Shown here: piece after piece, positions 1 to 9,468 of the stretch
Layout of the letters: every line of letters starts with the position of its first letter
How positions within the stretch are numbered: the first letter of the stretch is position 1
DNA from: Mycobacterium sp.
Lineage (GTDB): Bacteria; Actinomycetota; Actinomycetes; Mycobacteriales; Mycobacteriaceae
Direction of reading: 5' to 3'
DNA length: 64,000 nucleotides
NCBI RefSeq assembly: GCF_036488105.1
Contig: NZ_DASXHW010000390.1
Location: forward strand, 2,464-66,463
Program-made: the position numbers and the translations under genes
Notes under the pieces: model-generated
Told to the model about the DNA's origin: nothing
Databases searched by the model: none
Seen by the model: only the letters and a program-made list of their open reading frames with translations

Positions 1-931
1 GTGCCGGGGCCGGTGCGCCCGGAGCGGGTGCGGGAGCCGGTGCGCCCGGAGCGGGCCCTGGTGCAGCCGGGGGCGCCAGCAGCGGCAGGACGGATTCGGC
101 CAGCGTCTTCGCCCCCGCCTTGTCCACCGGGTCGTTCCCGGTGCCCAGCCACACCACGAACCAACGCTGGTTCGCCACGGCCGGCGGGACGTTCGGCCCC
201 GACGGACCGACCACTGCGGCCCAGATCTGGCCGTTCGGTTTGCTGGCGTCGCTGAACTTCACCTCGTAGTACGACGCACCCCCGGACATTGCCTTGGCGG
301 TCAGGGCGGTGGTCTCCTGATTGACCCGGGTGCCCGGGTAGGGCATGAAGAATTCACCCATGTCCGACGCCAGGCGGGTTGCGGCCTTGGTGTTGTCGGG
401 TTCGGCGCTGGCGTACAGCTTCTGGTCAAGCTTGCCGAGCACCACGCGGGTGTCGTTGGCGACCGGTGGCGGCTGACCTGCGCTGGGCGCCCCGGCGATC
501 TTGCTGAGCAGCGCCGAGCCGTAGTCGAGGTGGGTGGCGTCGGATTCCACCCACCCTGCGGGTAGGACGAAGCTGAACTCGCCAACGGGGTTGTTGATCC
601 GTCCGGCATTCGGGTCGACCGGCGGCGGCGCGGGAGCATTGGGGTCAACCGCGGGCGGCGCCGCGAGCGGATCGGCGGCCGGAGGTGCCGTCGCGGGCCC
701 GGCCGGGCCGGGAGCCGCATCTGGTGCAGCGGGCGGATTGGCCGGAGCAGGTGCCGGCGGGTTGGCCGGCGCGGGTGCCACCGGGGTTGGCGGCGGCGGC
801 GGGGGCACTGGGTCAGCGCTGGCGGTAATCGGCAACGCGAACGTGATTGCTCCGGCACCCCCGAGGACCGCGATTGCACGCGTCATCCTGCGGTTTTTGG
901 GCCGTGTCGAGTTTCGGTCCACCTGGTCCAT
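1..931 (-). CDS. apa: Alanine/proline-rich secreted fibronectin-attachment protein Apa/ModD (3' end runs off the window)
   Basis: Read by hand from ATG at 931: [15 protein letters not shown]..signal..ASADP, Pro/Ala repeats, '[35 protein letters not shown]', 'RIWAAVVG', 'RWFVVWLG'. Position matches Rv1860. Confidence 0.92.
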   Translation of the reverse strand, partial: MDQVDRNSTRPKNRRMTRAIAVLGGAGAITFALPITASADPVPPPPPPTPVAPAPANPPAPAPANPPAAPDAAPGPAGPATAPPAADPLAAPPAVDPNAPAPPPVDPNAGRINNPVGEFSFVLPAGWVESDATHLDYGSALLSKIAGAPSAGQPPPVANDTRVVLGKLDQKLYASAEPDNTKAATRLASDMGEFFMPYPGTRVNQETTALTAKAMSGGASYYEVKFSDASKPNGQIWAAVVGPSGPNVPPAVANQRWFVVWLGTGNDPVDKAGAKTLAESVLPLLAPPAAPGPAPGAPAPAPAPGAPAPA

Positions 932-1063
932 GAGCCAAAAACCTACCGTGTTACACCCGTGACGCAAGTGTGAATTGCTGAAGTTGGGGTCAATTTATCG
1001 TTGGCTGCGAGCACGGGATCCGGGGCGCGGCCGGGCGCGTCATCCCGATCGCCGTTTTGCCGC

Positions 1064-1930
1064 TCAGGGACTCGCGAAGCCAGCCTGGGCCAGCACCCCT
1101 TGGCCCGGCGCACCCTTCACCAGGTCAACGAACTTCTGAGCCAGCGCCGGCTGCGACGCATGTTTGAGAATGGCGATCGGATAGACGTTCACTGCCGCCT
1201 CGGATTCGGGAAACTTGACCGCGGTGACTTTGTCACCGGCCTTGTGTGCGTCGGTGAGGTAGACCAGCCCGGCGTCAGCCTCGCCACTGGTGACTTTTCC
1301 CAGCACGCCAGATGACACCGACTCCTCGCTGGCCGGGTTGAGATGCACTCCGGTGTTGTCCTCGATGCGTTGCGTGGCGGATCCGCAAGGCGCCGACGCC
1401 TGGCATACCGCGACGCGTAGGTCAGGTTTGGCGAGATCGGCGAACGACCGGATCTGCTTCGGGTCGCCCGGGGCGGTGACGATCACCAGTGTGTTGGAAG
1501 CGAAGTTGACCGGATCGCTGCTCGTCAGATCGGCCTTGACCACGGTGTCCATCTGGGCGCTGTCCGCTGACGCGAAGATGTCGGCGCTGGCGCCCTGGGT
1601 TAACTTGTTCGCGAGTTCCGACGAGGTCGCGAAATCGAAATCGATTGTGGCGCCGGGGTTGTCGGTTTGAAACTTTCCGGCCAGCAGCGTGAACGCGGGT
1701 TTGAGCAGGGCGGCCGCGAACACGACGATCGAGGTGGAGTGGCCCGACGATGTGGATGCCGTCGCAGACGACGGTGCCTTCTGTCCGCTCTGTCCGCACC
1801 CACTCAGATCTGCCACGAGTGCAAGGGATAGCAAGCCGGCCGTCCATGCACGCGTGGTGCTGAGCCGGACGGCCACGGTGCTCAGCGTTGTCCAAACAGT
1901 AACCGCGCCGTGCCGGATTCGGAGTTTCAT
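1064..1930 (-). CDS. modA: Molybdate ABC transporter substrate-binding lipoprotein, ModA-like (true start may be further downstream)
   Basis: Lipobox LSGC; motifs VFAAAxL, FATSSELA, GASADIFASAD, NFASNTLVIV, GEADAGLVYxTDA. Confidence 0.85.
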   Translation of the reverse strand: MKLRIRHGAVTVWTTLSTVAVRLSTTRAWTAGLLSLALVADLSGCGQSGQKAPSSATASTSSGHSTSIVVFAAALLKPAFTLLAGKFQTDNPGATIDFDFATSSELANKLTQGASADIFASADSAQMDTVVKADLTSSDPVNFASNTLVIVTAPGDPKQIRSFADLAKPDLRVAVCQASAPCGSATQRIEDNTGVHLNPASEESVSSGVLGKVTSGEADAGLVYLTDAHKAGDKVTAVKFPESEAAVNVYPIAILKHASQPALAQKFVDLVKGAPGQGVLAQAGFASP

Positions 1931-2107
1931 ATCTAGCTACCGTCCAGTAACATAAGGAAACGTTAATGCCATACACGCCCTGAAATCCCAGGGACCGGCG
2001 TTGCGGTGTGCCACCATCGAAGCATCGGAGGACCGTTGCTCTAGGCGGAAGCCGCAAATGCTCTTCACGGGCCGGCACCTGGATTCAATGCTGAATAAGA
2101 GGAGGTC

Positions 2108-2785
2108 ATGGCGGTGGAGGTTTTGGTTACCGGCGGTGACACGGAATTGGGTCGCGCCGTTGCTGAGGGATTCCACAACGAGGGCCATACGATCACCCTG
2201 CTGGGTGCGCGCCGAGATGATCTCGAGGTAGCCGCCAAGGAGATCGAAGCGGACGCGATCGTCTGCGACAACACCAACCCCGCTGCGCTGGCCGAGGTTC
2301 GACACCTCTTCCCCTATCACTTGGACACCATCGTCAACATCCCGGCCCCGCGCTGGACCTCCGGTGACCCGCGCGCCTACTCGCTGTCGGACCTCGCCGC
2401 CGCTTGGCGCAACTCCCTGGACGACACCATGCTGTCGGCCGTGCTGACCTTGGAAACGGTGGGCGATCACCTCCGCTCCGGTGGGTCGATCATCAGCGTA
2501 GTGCCGGACAACGCCCGCCCGGGTAGCGCCGAGGCCGCGGTCAAGGCCGCCCTCGCGAGCTGGGTGGCCGGCCAGGCCACTGTCTTCGGCACTCGCGGTA
2601 TCACGGTCAACGCCGTCGCCGCCGGGCGTAGCGCGCAGCCAGGCTACGAAGGGCTGTCCAGCGCGCCGCCGCCGGTTGCCGCCGAGATCGCCAGGATGTC
2701 GCTGTTCCTCACCACCGGCGCTGCCCGCCACATCACGGGCCAGATGCTGCACGTCAGCCACGGCGCGCTGACGCAGTTCGCCTAG
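2108..2785 (+). CDS. SDR-family oxidoreductase (Rv1856c-like)
   Basis: VLVTGGDTELGRA N-terminus, GITVNAVA, ITGQMLHV; RBS GAGGAGG; synteny. Confidence 0.85.
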   Translation: MAVEVLVTGGDTELGRAVAEGFHNEGHTITLLGARRDDLEVAAKEIEADAIVCDNTNPAALAEVRHLFPYHLDTIVNIPAPRWTSGDPRAYSLSDLAAAWRNSLDDTMLSAVLTLETVGDHLRSGGSIISVVPDNARPGSAEAAVKAALASWVAGQATVFGTRGITVNAVAAGRSAQPGYEGLSSAPPPVAAEIARMSLFLTTGAARHITGQMLHVSHGALTQFA

Positions 2786-2842
2786 CGCGTAATTCGCGGG
2801 AGGGACCTTCGCTGCTGAGCGCGGGTCACTAGGGTGGATTTC

Positions 2843-3760
2843 GTGACTATCCGTCTTGGCTATCAAATCCCCAACTTTTCCTACGGGACCGGCGTCGAGC
2901 AGCTCTTCCCAACCGTAATCGCGCAGGCTCGCGAGGCTGAATCAGCTGGATTTGACTCGGTTTTCGTGATGGACCACTTCTACCAACTACCGATGCTCGG
3001 CTCCCCCGACCAGCCGATGCTGGAGGCCTACACCGCCCTTGGCGCGCTGGCGACGGCGACCGAGCGGGTTCAGCTGGGCACTTTGGTGACTGGCAACACC
3101 TACCGCAATCCCACGCTGCTGGCCAAGGTCATCACCACCCTCGACGTGGTCAGCGCGGGCCGGGCGATTCTAGGCATCGGCACGGGCTGGTTCGAGCTCG
3201 AACACGACGAGCTGGGCTATGAATTCGGCACGTTCACCGATCGGTTCAACCGTCTTGACGAGGCACTTCAGATCATCCTGCCGATGCTGAAAGGTGAGCG
3301 ACCGACCTTTTCCGGTAAGTGGTACCGCGCCGAAAATGCACTGGCCAACCCGCGCTATCGCGATCACATTCCGCTGATGATCGGCGGCAGCGGCGAGAAG
3401 AAGACAATCCCGTTGGCCGTTCGGCACTTCGACCATCTGAACGTGATCGCCGGATTCGATGAACTGCCGGGCAAGGTCAAAATTGTGCGGGAGCGCTGCG
3501 AGGAAATCGGCCGCGACCCCGCAACGCTGGAGACCAGCACGTTGTTGACCGTGCTACTCGACGACAACGTGAAGAGTGATCAGATCCCTGCCGAGATGAG
3601 CGGACGCATGCTGGCCGGAAGCGCCGACTCCATCGCCGAGCAGGTTCAGGCCAAGGTACTGGACGCCGGAATCAACGGCGTGATCATCAACATGCCGTTC
3701 TACACGCCTGGTGTAGTCACCGCCGTCGGCGATGCGCTGCGTCCGCTGGTTGGTATCTGA
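2843..3760 (+). CDS. LLM-class F420-dependent oxidoreductase (Rv1855c-like)
   Basis: GFDSVFVMDHF, LGTLVTGNTYRNP, GRAILGIGTGW, IGGSGEKKT. GTG at 2843 follows a TAGGGT -10 (probably leaderless). Confidence 0.88.
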   Translation: MTIRLGYQIPNFSYGTGVEQLFPTVIAQAREAESAGFDSVFVMDHFYQLPMLGSPDQPMLEAYTALGALATATERVQLGTLVTGNTYRNPTLLAKVITTLDVVSAGRAILGIGTGWFELEHDELGYEFGTFTDRFNRLDEALQIILPMLKGERPTFSGKWYRAENALANPRYRDHIPLMIGGSGEKKTIPLAVRHFDHLNVIAGFDELPGKVKIVRERCEEIGRDPATLETSTLLTVLLDDNVKSDQIPAEMSGRMLAGSADSIAEQVQAKVLDAGINGVIINMPFYTPGVVTAVGDALRPLVGI

Positions 3761-3889
3761 CCGGGTAGCGAGGCGCGTCACGGCTGACGTTCCGGGTGTG
3801 GGCGATCACACGCCGCCAACGTCGATAATTGCAGGTCCGGGCGACTAACGTGTAGTTGAACGCAGTCGCTGCTGAGGAGTAACCAGGCC

Positions 3890-5275
3890 ATGAACGCCCA
3901 CCCCGAAGACTCCGGACTCAATCATCGACACCGGGTTGTAGTCATCGGATCCGGATTCGGTGGTTTGAACGCGGTCAAGAAGCTGAAAAGGGCCGACGTC
4001 GACATCAAGTTGATCGCTCGTACCACCCATCACCTGTTCCAGCCGATGCTCTACCAAGTGGCGACCGGCATCGTCGCCGAAGGCGCGATCGGTCCCCCAA
4101 CGCGGATGATCCTGCGGGGTCAGCACAACGCCCAAGTTTTGCTCGGTGACGTCACGCACATCGACCTCAAGGGCAAGTTCGTCGTCTCGGAGTTGCTCGG
4201 CCACAGTTACGAAACGCCTTTCGACAGCTTGATCATCGCTGCCGGGGCCGGCCAGTCTTACTTCGGCAACGACCACTTCGCCGAATTTGCCCCCGGCATG
4301 AAGTCCATCGACGACGCGTTGGAGTTGCGTGGCCGCATCATGAGCGCGTTCGAGGCGGCCGAGCGGTCCAGCGATCCGGAGCGGCGGAAGAAGCTCCTGA
4401 CGTTCACCGTCGTGGGCGCGGGACCGACTGGCGTCGAAATGGCCGGCCAGATCGCCGAACTCGCGGACTTCACGCTCAAAGGCGCCTACCGCCATATCGA
4501 TCCGACGAAAGCTCGCGTCATTCTGCTCGACGCGGCTCCCGCCGTTCTGCCCCCGATGGGCGAGAACCTCGGCAAGAAGGCCGCCGCGCGGCTGGAGAAG
4601 ATGGGCGTCGAAATCCAGCTCGGCGCCATGGTCACCGACGTTGACCGCGACGGCATCACCGTCAAGGACTCCGACGGCACCACCCGTCGCATCGAGTCGG
4701 CCTGCAAGGTTTGGTCCGCGGGAGTCTCCGCCAGCCCGCTGGGCCGCGATCTTGCCCGACAATCGGGCGTCGAACTCGACCGCGCGGGCCGCGTGAAGGT
4801 GTTGCCCGATTTATCGATACCAAGCCACCCCAACGTGTTTGTCGTTGGTGATATGGCCGCAGTCGACGGCGTGCCCGGGGTGGCGCAGGGCGCCATCCAG
4901 GGCGGCAAGTATGCCGCGAACACGATCAAGGCCGAGCTGGCAGGTGCCGACCCGGCCCAGCGGGAGCCGTTCCAGTACTTCGACAAGGGCTCGATGGCCG
5001 CGGTTTCGCGGTACTACGCGGTGGTGAAAATCGGTCCGCTCGAATTCGGTGGCATCATCGGCTGGTTCGCGTGGCTGCTGCTGCACTTGGTCTATCTGAT
5101 CGGGTTCAAGAACAAGATCACCACGGTTCTGTCGTGGATTGTGACTTTCTTGAGCGGTCGGCGCGGACAGCTCACGATCACCGAGCAGCAGGCCTTCGCG
5201 CGTACTCGGCTTGAGCAGCTGGCCGTGTTGGCGGCCGAGGCTCATGGGGACGAGACGGCGAGGGCCGCCAGCTAG
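3890..5275 (+). CDS. ndh: Type II NADH dehydrogenase
   Basis: VVVIGSGFGG and VVGAGPTGVE dinucleotide motifs, GVAQGAIQ, YFDKGSMA. Confidence 0.95.
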   Translation: MNAHPEDSGLNHRHRVVVIGSGFGGLNAVKKLKRADVDIKLIARTTHHLFQPMLYQVATGIVAEGAIGPPTRMILRGQHNAQVLLGDVTHIDLKGKFVVSELLGHSYETPFDSLIIAAGAGQSYFGNDHFAEFAPGMKSIDDALELRGRIMSAFEAAERSSDPERRKKLLTFTVVGAGPTGVEMAGQIAELADFTLKGAYRHIDPTKARVILLDAAPAVLPPMGENLGKKAAARLEKMGVEIQLGAMVTDVDRDGITVKDSDGTTRRIESACKVWSAGVSASPLGRDLARQSGVELDRAGRVKVLPDLSIPSHPNVFVVGDMAAVDGVPGVAQGAIQGGKYAANTIKAELAGADPAQREPFQYFDKGSMAAVSRYYAVVKIGPLEFGGIIGWFAWLLLHLVYLIGFKNKITTVLSWIVTFLSGRRGQLTITEQQAFARTRLEQLAVLAAEAHGDETARAAS

Positions 5276-5676
5276 CCCTGGCCGACCTCTGCTTCCAGGT
5301 TTTGCAGCCGCACCTGACCCCGGGCCACCAGACGGTCGTCGGAGTCGGCGATGGTGACTATCCACAGCTGCTGTCGCCGACCGCGATGCACCGCAGTCGC
5401 GGCGCCGTAGACCGTCCCGCTGCTGATCGCACGCAGGAAGTCGGTGTTGTTGTTGACGCCGACGACTGAACCACCGCCGTTGGAGGCAATCCACGTGTAG
5501 GCGGCCACGCTGGCCAAGCTCTCGACCATCGAGCAGTAGACACCGCCGTGCACGATGCCCATCGGTTGCAGTAGCTTGGGCACGACGTCCAAGTGGGCGC
5601 GCGTTCGATCAGGACTGATCTCGGTGAATACCAGGCCTAACTCCTTGTCAAACGGCGCTTCCGGCAATGGCTGCAT
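5272..5676 (-). CDS. PaaI-family thioesterase (Rv1847-like)
   Basis: QPMGIVHGGVYCSMVE hotdog-fold motif; synteny. Confidence 0.9.
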   Translation of the reverse strand: MQPLPEAPFDKELGLVFTEISPDRTRAHLDVVPKLLQPMGIVHGGVYCSMVESLASVAAYTWIASNGGGSVVGVNNNTDFLRAISSGTVYGAATAVHRGRRQQLWIVTIADSDDRLVARGQVRLQNLEAEVGQG

Positions 5677-5724
5677 AGTCTTTGTGTCTACACCGGCCGG
5701 CGCTACCCGGATGTTTTTTCGGGA

Positions 5725-5737
5725 GTGACAATGTCAC
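5725..5737. promoter_or_regulatory. Palindrome GTGACA-A-TGTCAC, possible operator
   Basis: Perfect 6-1-6 inverted repeat in the divergent gap between the thioesterase and P450 genes. Confidence 0.3.
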
Positions 5738-5801
5738 GCGGGACGTGCCGGCTACCGATACTGTGAGTGCCGACACGGGAGGCCAAAGGCGAGGGGACAA
5801 C

Positions 5802-7178
5802 ATGGCAACGGCAACGAGCGACCCTGTGCGCCTGCCGCCTGGTCCGCGGATACCGAAGTTCATCCAGGCCATCGGGTTCTTGGCTTCAGGCCATGGAATG
5901 TATGCGGCTCTGACCCGTCGGTACAACAGCCCGATGATCACCGTGAATTTGCCGGGTGTCCGTCATGCGGTGGTGATCGGCGATCCAGTCGTGGCAAAGA
6001 GGCTGTTGAACACGAGCACCGATCTGATCGAACGACCGCCATCGGGAGGCGGCAGCCTGGGCGACGGATTCGGCCCTGGGTCGACGTTCAGCCTTGCCGG
6101 CGACAAACTCCTCGCGCGCCGCAAGATCGTGCTTCCGATATTTCATGGCAAGCGGATGCGCAGCTACGAGCCCATCATCGAAGAAGAGGTGATGCGCGAG
6201 ATCGCGACCTGGCCGGAGGACCGCGAGTTCGAAACCCTGCCGTCGATGACGAGCATCACTATCGGCGCACTCACGCGTGCACTATTCGGCGATAAGGGAC
6301 TCGGGCTGGACGAGCTTAGCGAGTTGTTGCCGCCAATGGTCACGCTCGTCGGGATAGTCCTGGTGGTGCCACCGCGGTTGCGGCGTGACCTGGGGCGGTG
6401 GAGTCCATGGGGGCGGTATCTGCGGTACCGACGCCGTTTCGACGCTATCGTCGATTCGCTTATCGCCGAGGCGCGGGCCGACCCGGATTTGGAAGAGCGC
6501 AGCGATGTGCTGGCGCTGCTGTTGCGGGCCCGCTATGAAGACGGCGAGCCGATCCCGGATCGGCACATCGCCGATGAGATGCTGACGTTGCTGGTCTCCG
6601 GTCACGAGACGACCGCCGGATCTCTGGCCTGGGCAGTCGAGCGGTTGCGCCGTCATCCTCAGCTGCTGGCACGGCTAACTGAAGAAGTCGACGCCGGAGG
6701 ATCTGAACTACGGCAGGCCACGATTTCGGAAGTGCAGCGCATCCGGCCGGTTCTCGACGCCTTTGTGCGGCGCACAAAGACGCGAATCCGATTGGGAGAC
6801 TGGGTCATTCCGGAGGATACCAACTTGGTGTTCAGTATCCCACTCGTCCATGCATCAGAAGAGAGCTTCCCGGACGCGGCGTCGTTTGACCCGGACCGAT
6901 TCGTCGGCGGCCCGAAGCCCGGCAAGTGGATTCCGTTCGGCGGCGGCGTCAACCGTTGTGTCGGCGCGGCATTCGCCAGCATGGAAATGGACATCACCCT
7001 GCGCGTGCTGCTGCGCGAATTTCGTTTCGCGCCAACCGATGCGCCGGGCGAACGAGGGCACTGGCGCGGCGTGGCGAACGTCCCGGCACGAGGCGCACGA
7101 GCGGTGGTTTACCGGCGAATTCCCAACGCATCGAGCGGTGCTGACTCTTTATCGGTGTCCGAACTCGGCCGTGCTTAA
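5802..7178 (+). CDS. Cytochrome P450, CYP138-like
   Basis: RLPPGP, I-helix LLVSGHETTA, EVQR (ExxR), FDPDRF, heme motif PFGGGVNRCVG. RBS GAGGGG precedes ATG 5802. Confidence 0.93.
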   Translation: MATATSDPVRLPPGPRIPKFIQAIGFLASGHGMYAALTRRYNSPMITVNLPGVRHAVVIGDPVVAKRLLNTSTDLIERPPSGGGSLGDGFGPGSTFSLAGDKLLARRKIVLPIFHGKRMRSYEPIIEEEVMREIATWPEDREFETLPSMTSITIGALTRALFGDKGLGLDELSELLPPMVTLVGIVLVVPPRLRRDLGRWSPWGRYLRYRRRFDAIVDSLIAEARADPDLEERSDVLALLLRARYEDGEPIPDRHIADEMLTLLVSGHETTAGSLAWAVERLRRHPQLLARLTEEVDAGGSELRQATISEVQRIRPVLDAFVRRTKTRIRLGDWVIPEDTNLVFSIPLVHASEESFPDAASFDPDRFVGGPKPGKWIPFGGGVNRCVGAAFASMEMDITLRVLLREFRFAPTDAPGERGHWRGVANVPARGARAVVYRRIPNASSGADSLSVSELGRA

Positions 7179-7199
7179 CGCGCTGGCATACTGACCGCT

Positions 7200-8012
7200 G
7201 TGACGAGCACCCTCAGGAAAATCGCAAAGCCCATCGACCCTGCCCCATGGTTGAAATTAGCCATGAACAAGTACTGGTATCCCTTGATCACCCGCCGGTG
7301 GGAGCAGGACGACATCATCTTTCTCAATTGGGGCTATGAGGAGGATCCGCCGATGGGCCTGCCGCTGGAACCTTCCGATGAGCCCAACCGCTACTGCATC
7401 CAGCTCTACCACCGCACGGCGACCCAAGCGGATCTCGGCGGTAAACAGGTACTTGAGGTCAGCTGCGGCCACGGCGGCGGAGCCGCGTATCTGGTACGGA
7501 CGTTGGGTGCGGCTGCCTACACGGGGCTGGACTACAACCGGGACGGTGTCGCCTTTGCCCAAAAAAGACACAACCTGCCGGGGCTGGAGTTCGTGCACGG
7601 CAATGCCGAAAGCCTGCCTTTTCCCGATGAGTCCTTCGATGCGGTGATCAACGTCGAAGCCTCGCATGCCTACCCCCACTTCGACCGTTTTCTCTCAGAA
7701 ATGGTGCGGGTGCTGCGACCGGGCGGGCAATTCCTCTACGCCGATTTTCGCGGTTTCCTCGACTATGACGCTTGGGATGCTGCACTTGCCGGCTTGCCAA
7801 TGCGGATGGTTTCGAAGCGGGAGATCAACACCGAGGTTCTGCGCGGGCTGGATAAAAACTCGCCGCGGTACCTGGACTTAGTCGGTCGCCGTGTGCCCAA
7901 GTTCCTGCAGCCCTTCGGCCGCGTATTCTCCGGCGCGCCAGGCACGTTGGCGAACCGCCAACTGCAAAGCGGTAAGGCTTCGTACCGGATGTACCACTTC
8001 ATCAAGGACTGA
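7200..8012 (+). CDS. SAM-dependent lipid O-methyltransferase (Rv2952/Fmt family)
   Basis: [48 protein letters not shown] are typical of the phthiotriol/fatty-acid O-methyltransferases. Confidence 0.88.
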   Translation: MTSTLRKIAKPIDPAPWLKLAMNKYWYPLITRRWEQDDIIFLNWGYEEDPPMGLPLEPSDEPNRYCIQLYHRTATQADLGGKQVLEVSCGHGGGAAYLVRTLGAAAYTGLDYNRDGVAFAQKRHNLPGLEFVHGNAESLPFPDESFDAVINVEASHAYPHFDRFLSEMVRVLRPGGQFLYADFRGFLDYDAWDAALAGLPMRMVSKREINTEVLRGLDKNSPRYLDLVGRRVPKFLQPFGRVFSGAPGTLANRQLQSGKASYRMYHFIKD

Positions 8013-8044
8013 CGCCGAACGGCTTCAGTCGAAGCGACCTCTAG

Positions 8045-8145
8045 ATACAGGCGAGCCCCGTGCGCAATGCACGGGGCTCGCCGATCGAACAGACCGGGGG
8101 TCACTGCAGCCCTCAGGACTCCGTCGCGGTCATCTATCGCTCGAT
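8045..8145 (-). ncRNA. mrsI: MrsI-like (ncRv11846) iron-sparing small RNA
   Basis: Minus strand has -35 TTGCAA (8176-8181), an IdeR box and -10 TATGCT (8152-8157), then about 100 nt containing GAGGGCTGCAGTGACCCCCGGT and ending in the hairpin. It lies between the blaI and Rv1847 orthologues, as MrsI does. Confidence 0.75.
8050..8082. terminator. 14-bp GC-rich stem-loop, probably a bidirectional terminator
   Basis: GGCGAGCCCCGTGC-gcaat-GCACGGGGCTCGCC lies between convergent transcripts. Confidence 0.8.
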
Positions 8146-8921
8146 GCCAGAAGCATAGGCAAGGCTGCCCTAATTTTGCAAGGGGTGGCTCTTGTCCGGA
8201 TGCGGGCCGCCGGCAGCCCACGCACCGGCAGGCCGAAGCCGACCAGCGCGTCGAGCACGGCCTGACCGCGGCGCATGGCGGCCAACTCGTCGGCGCCGGC
8301 CAACTGCGGCAGCTGGGTCGCGGCCGCCACCACCATCGACCCGACGATGTGCCACATCGTCGCGATCGACAGAGCGCCGCCGCTGACCGCGTGCAGCTTG
8401 GCGAACAACGGTTCCAGTGAGCGATGGGACCGGTGGGCGACCCAGGTCGTCAGCGCCGCCTCACTCGGCAGGCGCACCACGCCGTCGCGGCCGGCGTGCG
8501 GATCATCGGAGAGCACACGCACCGTCGGGTCGACCACGCCGGCCCAGTCGATGACGCCATCGGAGTCGACGTGAACCCAGAGGTTCTCCAGCCCGGCGTC
8601 CCACGCTCTGGCCTCCAGCACCACCAGCGCGACGACCCGGCCGATCACGGTGTGCACCAGCGTCGCCGCCAATTGCCTTGCGGCACTGCGCCGATCCATG
8701 TCCATCGCTGCCGCGTCGAACATGGTCTGCAGGCGATCAGTGCTCAGTGCCGATGTCAGCGGCCACCACCGGCGGACGGAGACATCGCCCAGCACCGCGA
8801 CGCCGTAGACCCGTGGACACTGCGGATACAGTTCGCGCAGCCGCCGTGCGGACTCGTGTAGTGGCAGCACGCGGTCAATTGCCATCGCCGAGATCAGCGG
8901 GTCGTCGATCAGCATCGTCAC
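8130..8921 (-). CDS. FhuF-like iron reductase domain protein
   Basis: Intact ORF with an AGGAGG RBS and an IdeR box directly upstream. Resembles mycobacterial 'iron reductase' proteins (AATLVHTVIGR, LENLWVHVDSDG). Confidence 0.6.
   Translation of the reverse strand: MTMLIDDPLISAMAIDRVLPLHESARRLRELYPQCPRVYGVAVLGDVSVRRWWPLTSALSTDRLQTMFDAAAMDMDRRSAARQLAATLVHTVIGRVVALVVLEARAWDAGLENLWVHVDSDGVIDWAGVVDPTVRVLSDDPHAGRDGVVRLPSEAALTTWVAHRSHRSLEPLFAKLHAVSGGALSIATMWHIVGSMVVAAATQLPQLAGADELAAMRRGQAVLDALVGFGLPVRGLPAARIRTRATPCKIRAALPMLLASSDR
8155..8173 (-). promoter_or_regulatory. IdeR box overlapping the sRNA promoter
   Basis: TTAGGGCAGCCTTGCCTAT, 15/19 match to TWAGGTWAGSCTWACCTWA. Confidence 0.8.
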
Positions 8922-8937
8922 GGGTAACCTCCTCTTA

Positions 8938-8956
8938 TGAGGTTAGCCTAACCATA
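8938..8956. promoter_or_regulatory. IdeR box
   Basis: TGAGGTTAGCCTAACCATA, 17/19 match to consensus. Confidence 0.85.
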
Positions 8957-8978
8957 GAATCGAGTTCTATGCGAGCGG

Positions 8979-8995
8979 TACGACCATCGGTAGTA
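8979..8995. promoter_or_regulatory. BlaI operator
   Basis: TACGAC-catcg-GTAGTA matches the TAC[GT]AC-N5-GTAGTA motif and lies upstream of blaI. Confidence 0.75.
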
Positions 8996-9037
8996 AGCGC
9001 GGGTACGCTGGCGTCATTGCCAAGGAGATGAGCAGAC

Positions 9038-9454
9038 ATGGCTAAGCAGACGCGGCTCGGGGACCTCGAGCGCGCCGTGATGGACCATTTGTGGTCGACT
9101 CCGCACCCGCAAACCGTCCGTCAGGTGCACGAGGCACTCGCTGAGAGCCGCGATCTGGCCTACACGACGGTGATGACCGTGTTGCAGCGGTTGGCCAAGA
9201 AGAATCTTGTCTCGCAAATCCGCGACGACCGCGCGCACCAGTATGCGCCGGTCCACGGGCGTGACGAGTTGGTCGCGGGGCTGATGGTCGACGCGCTGGA
9301 CCAGGCGGCGGACACCGGCGACCGTCAGGCCGCGTTGGTGCACTTCGTCGAGCGGGTCGGCGCCGACGAAGCCGAGGCGCTGCGGCGCGCGCTCGACGAG
9401 CTGGAAGCAAGCCATCGGAAAGCGCCGTCTGGTGGCGCTCGGCCCGAGGGCTAA
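9038..9454 (+). CDS. blaI: BlaI/MecI/CopY-family repressor (Rv1846c)
   Basis: LGDLERAVMDHLW, LAYTTVMTVLQRL. Confidence 0.95.
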   Translation: MAKQTRLGDLERAVMDHLWSTPHPQTVRQVHEALAESRDLAYTTVMTVLQRLAKKNLVSQIRDDRAHQYAPVHGRDELVAGLMVDALDQAADTGDRQAALVHFVERVGADEAEALRRALDELEASHRKAPSGGARPEG

Positions 9455-9468
9455 GGGAGACTGGACCG

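Noticed and set aside
1-130. Short tandem repeats (CCGGTGCGCCCGGAGCGGG)
   Set aside because: They encode the Pro-Ala-Gly tail of Apa and are not a CRISPR array or independent repeat.
3795-3810. Possible CRP site upstream of ndh (GGTGT-N6-TCACA)
   Set aside because: Only an 8/10 match, too weak to call.
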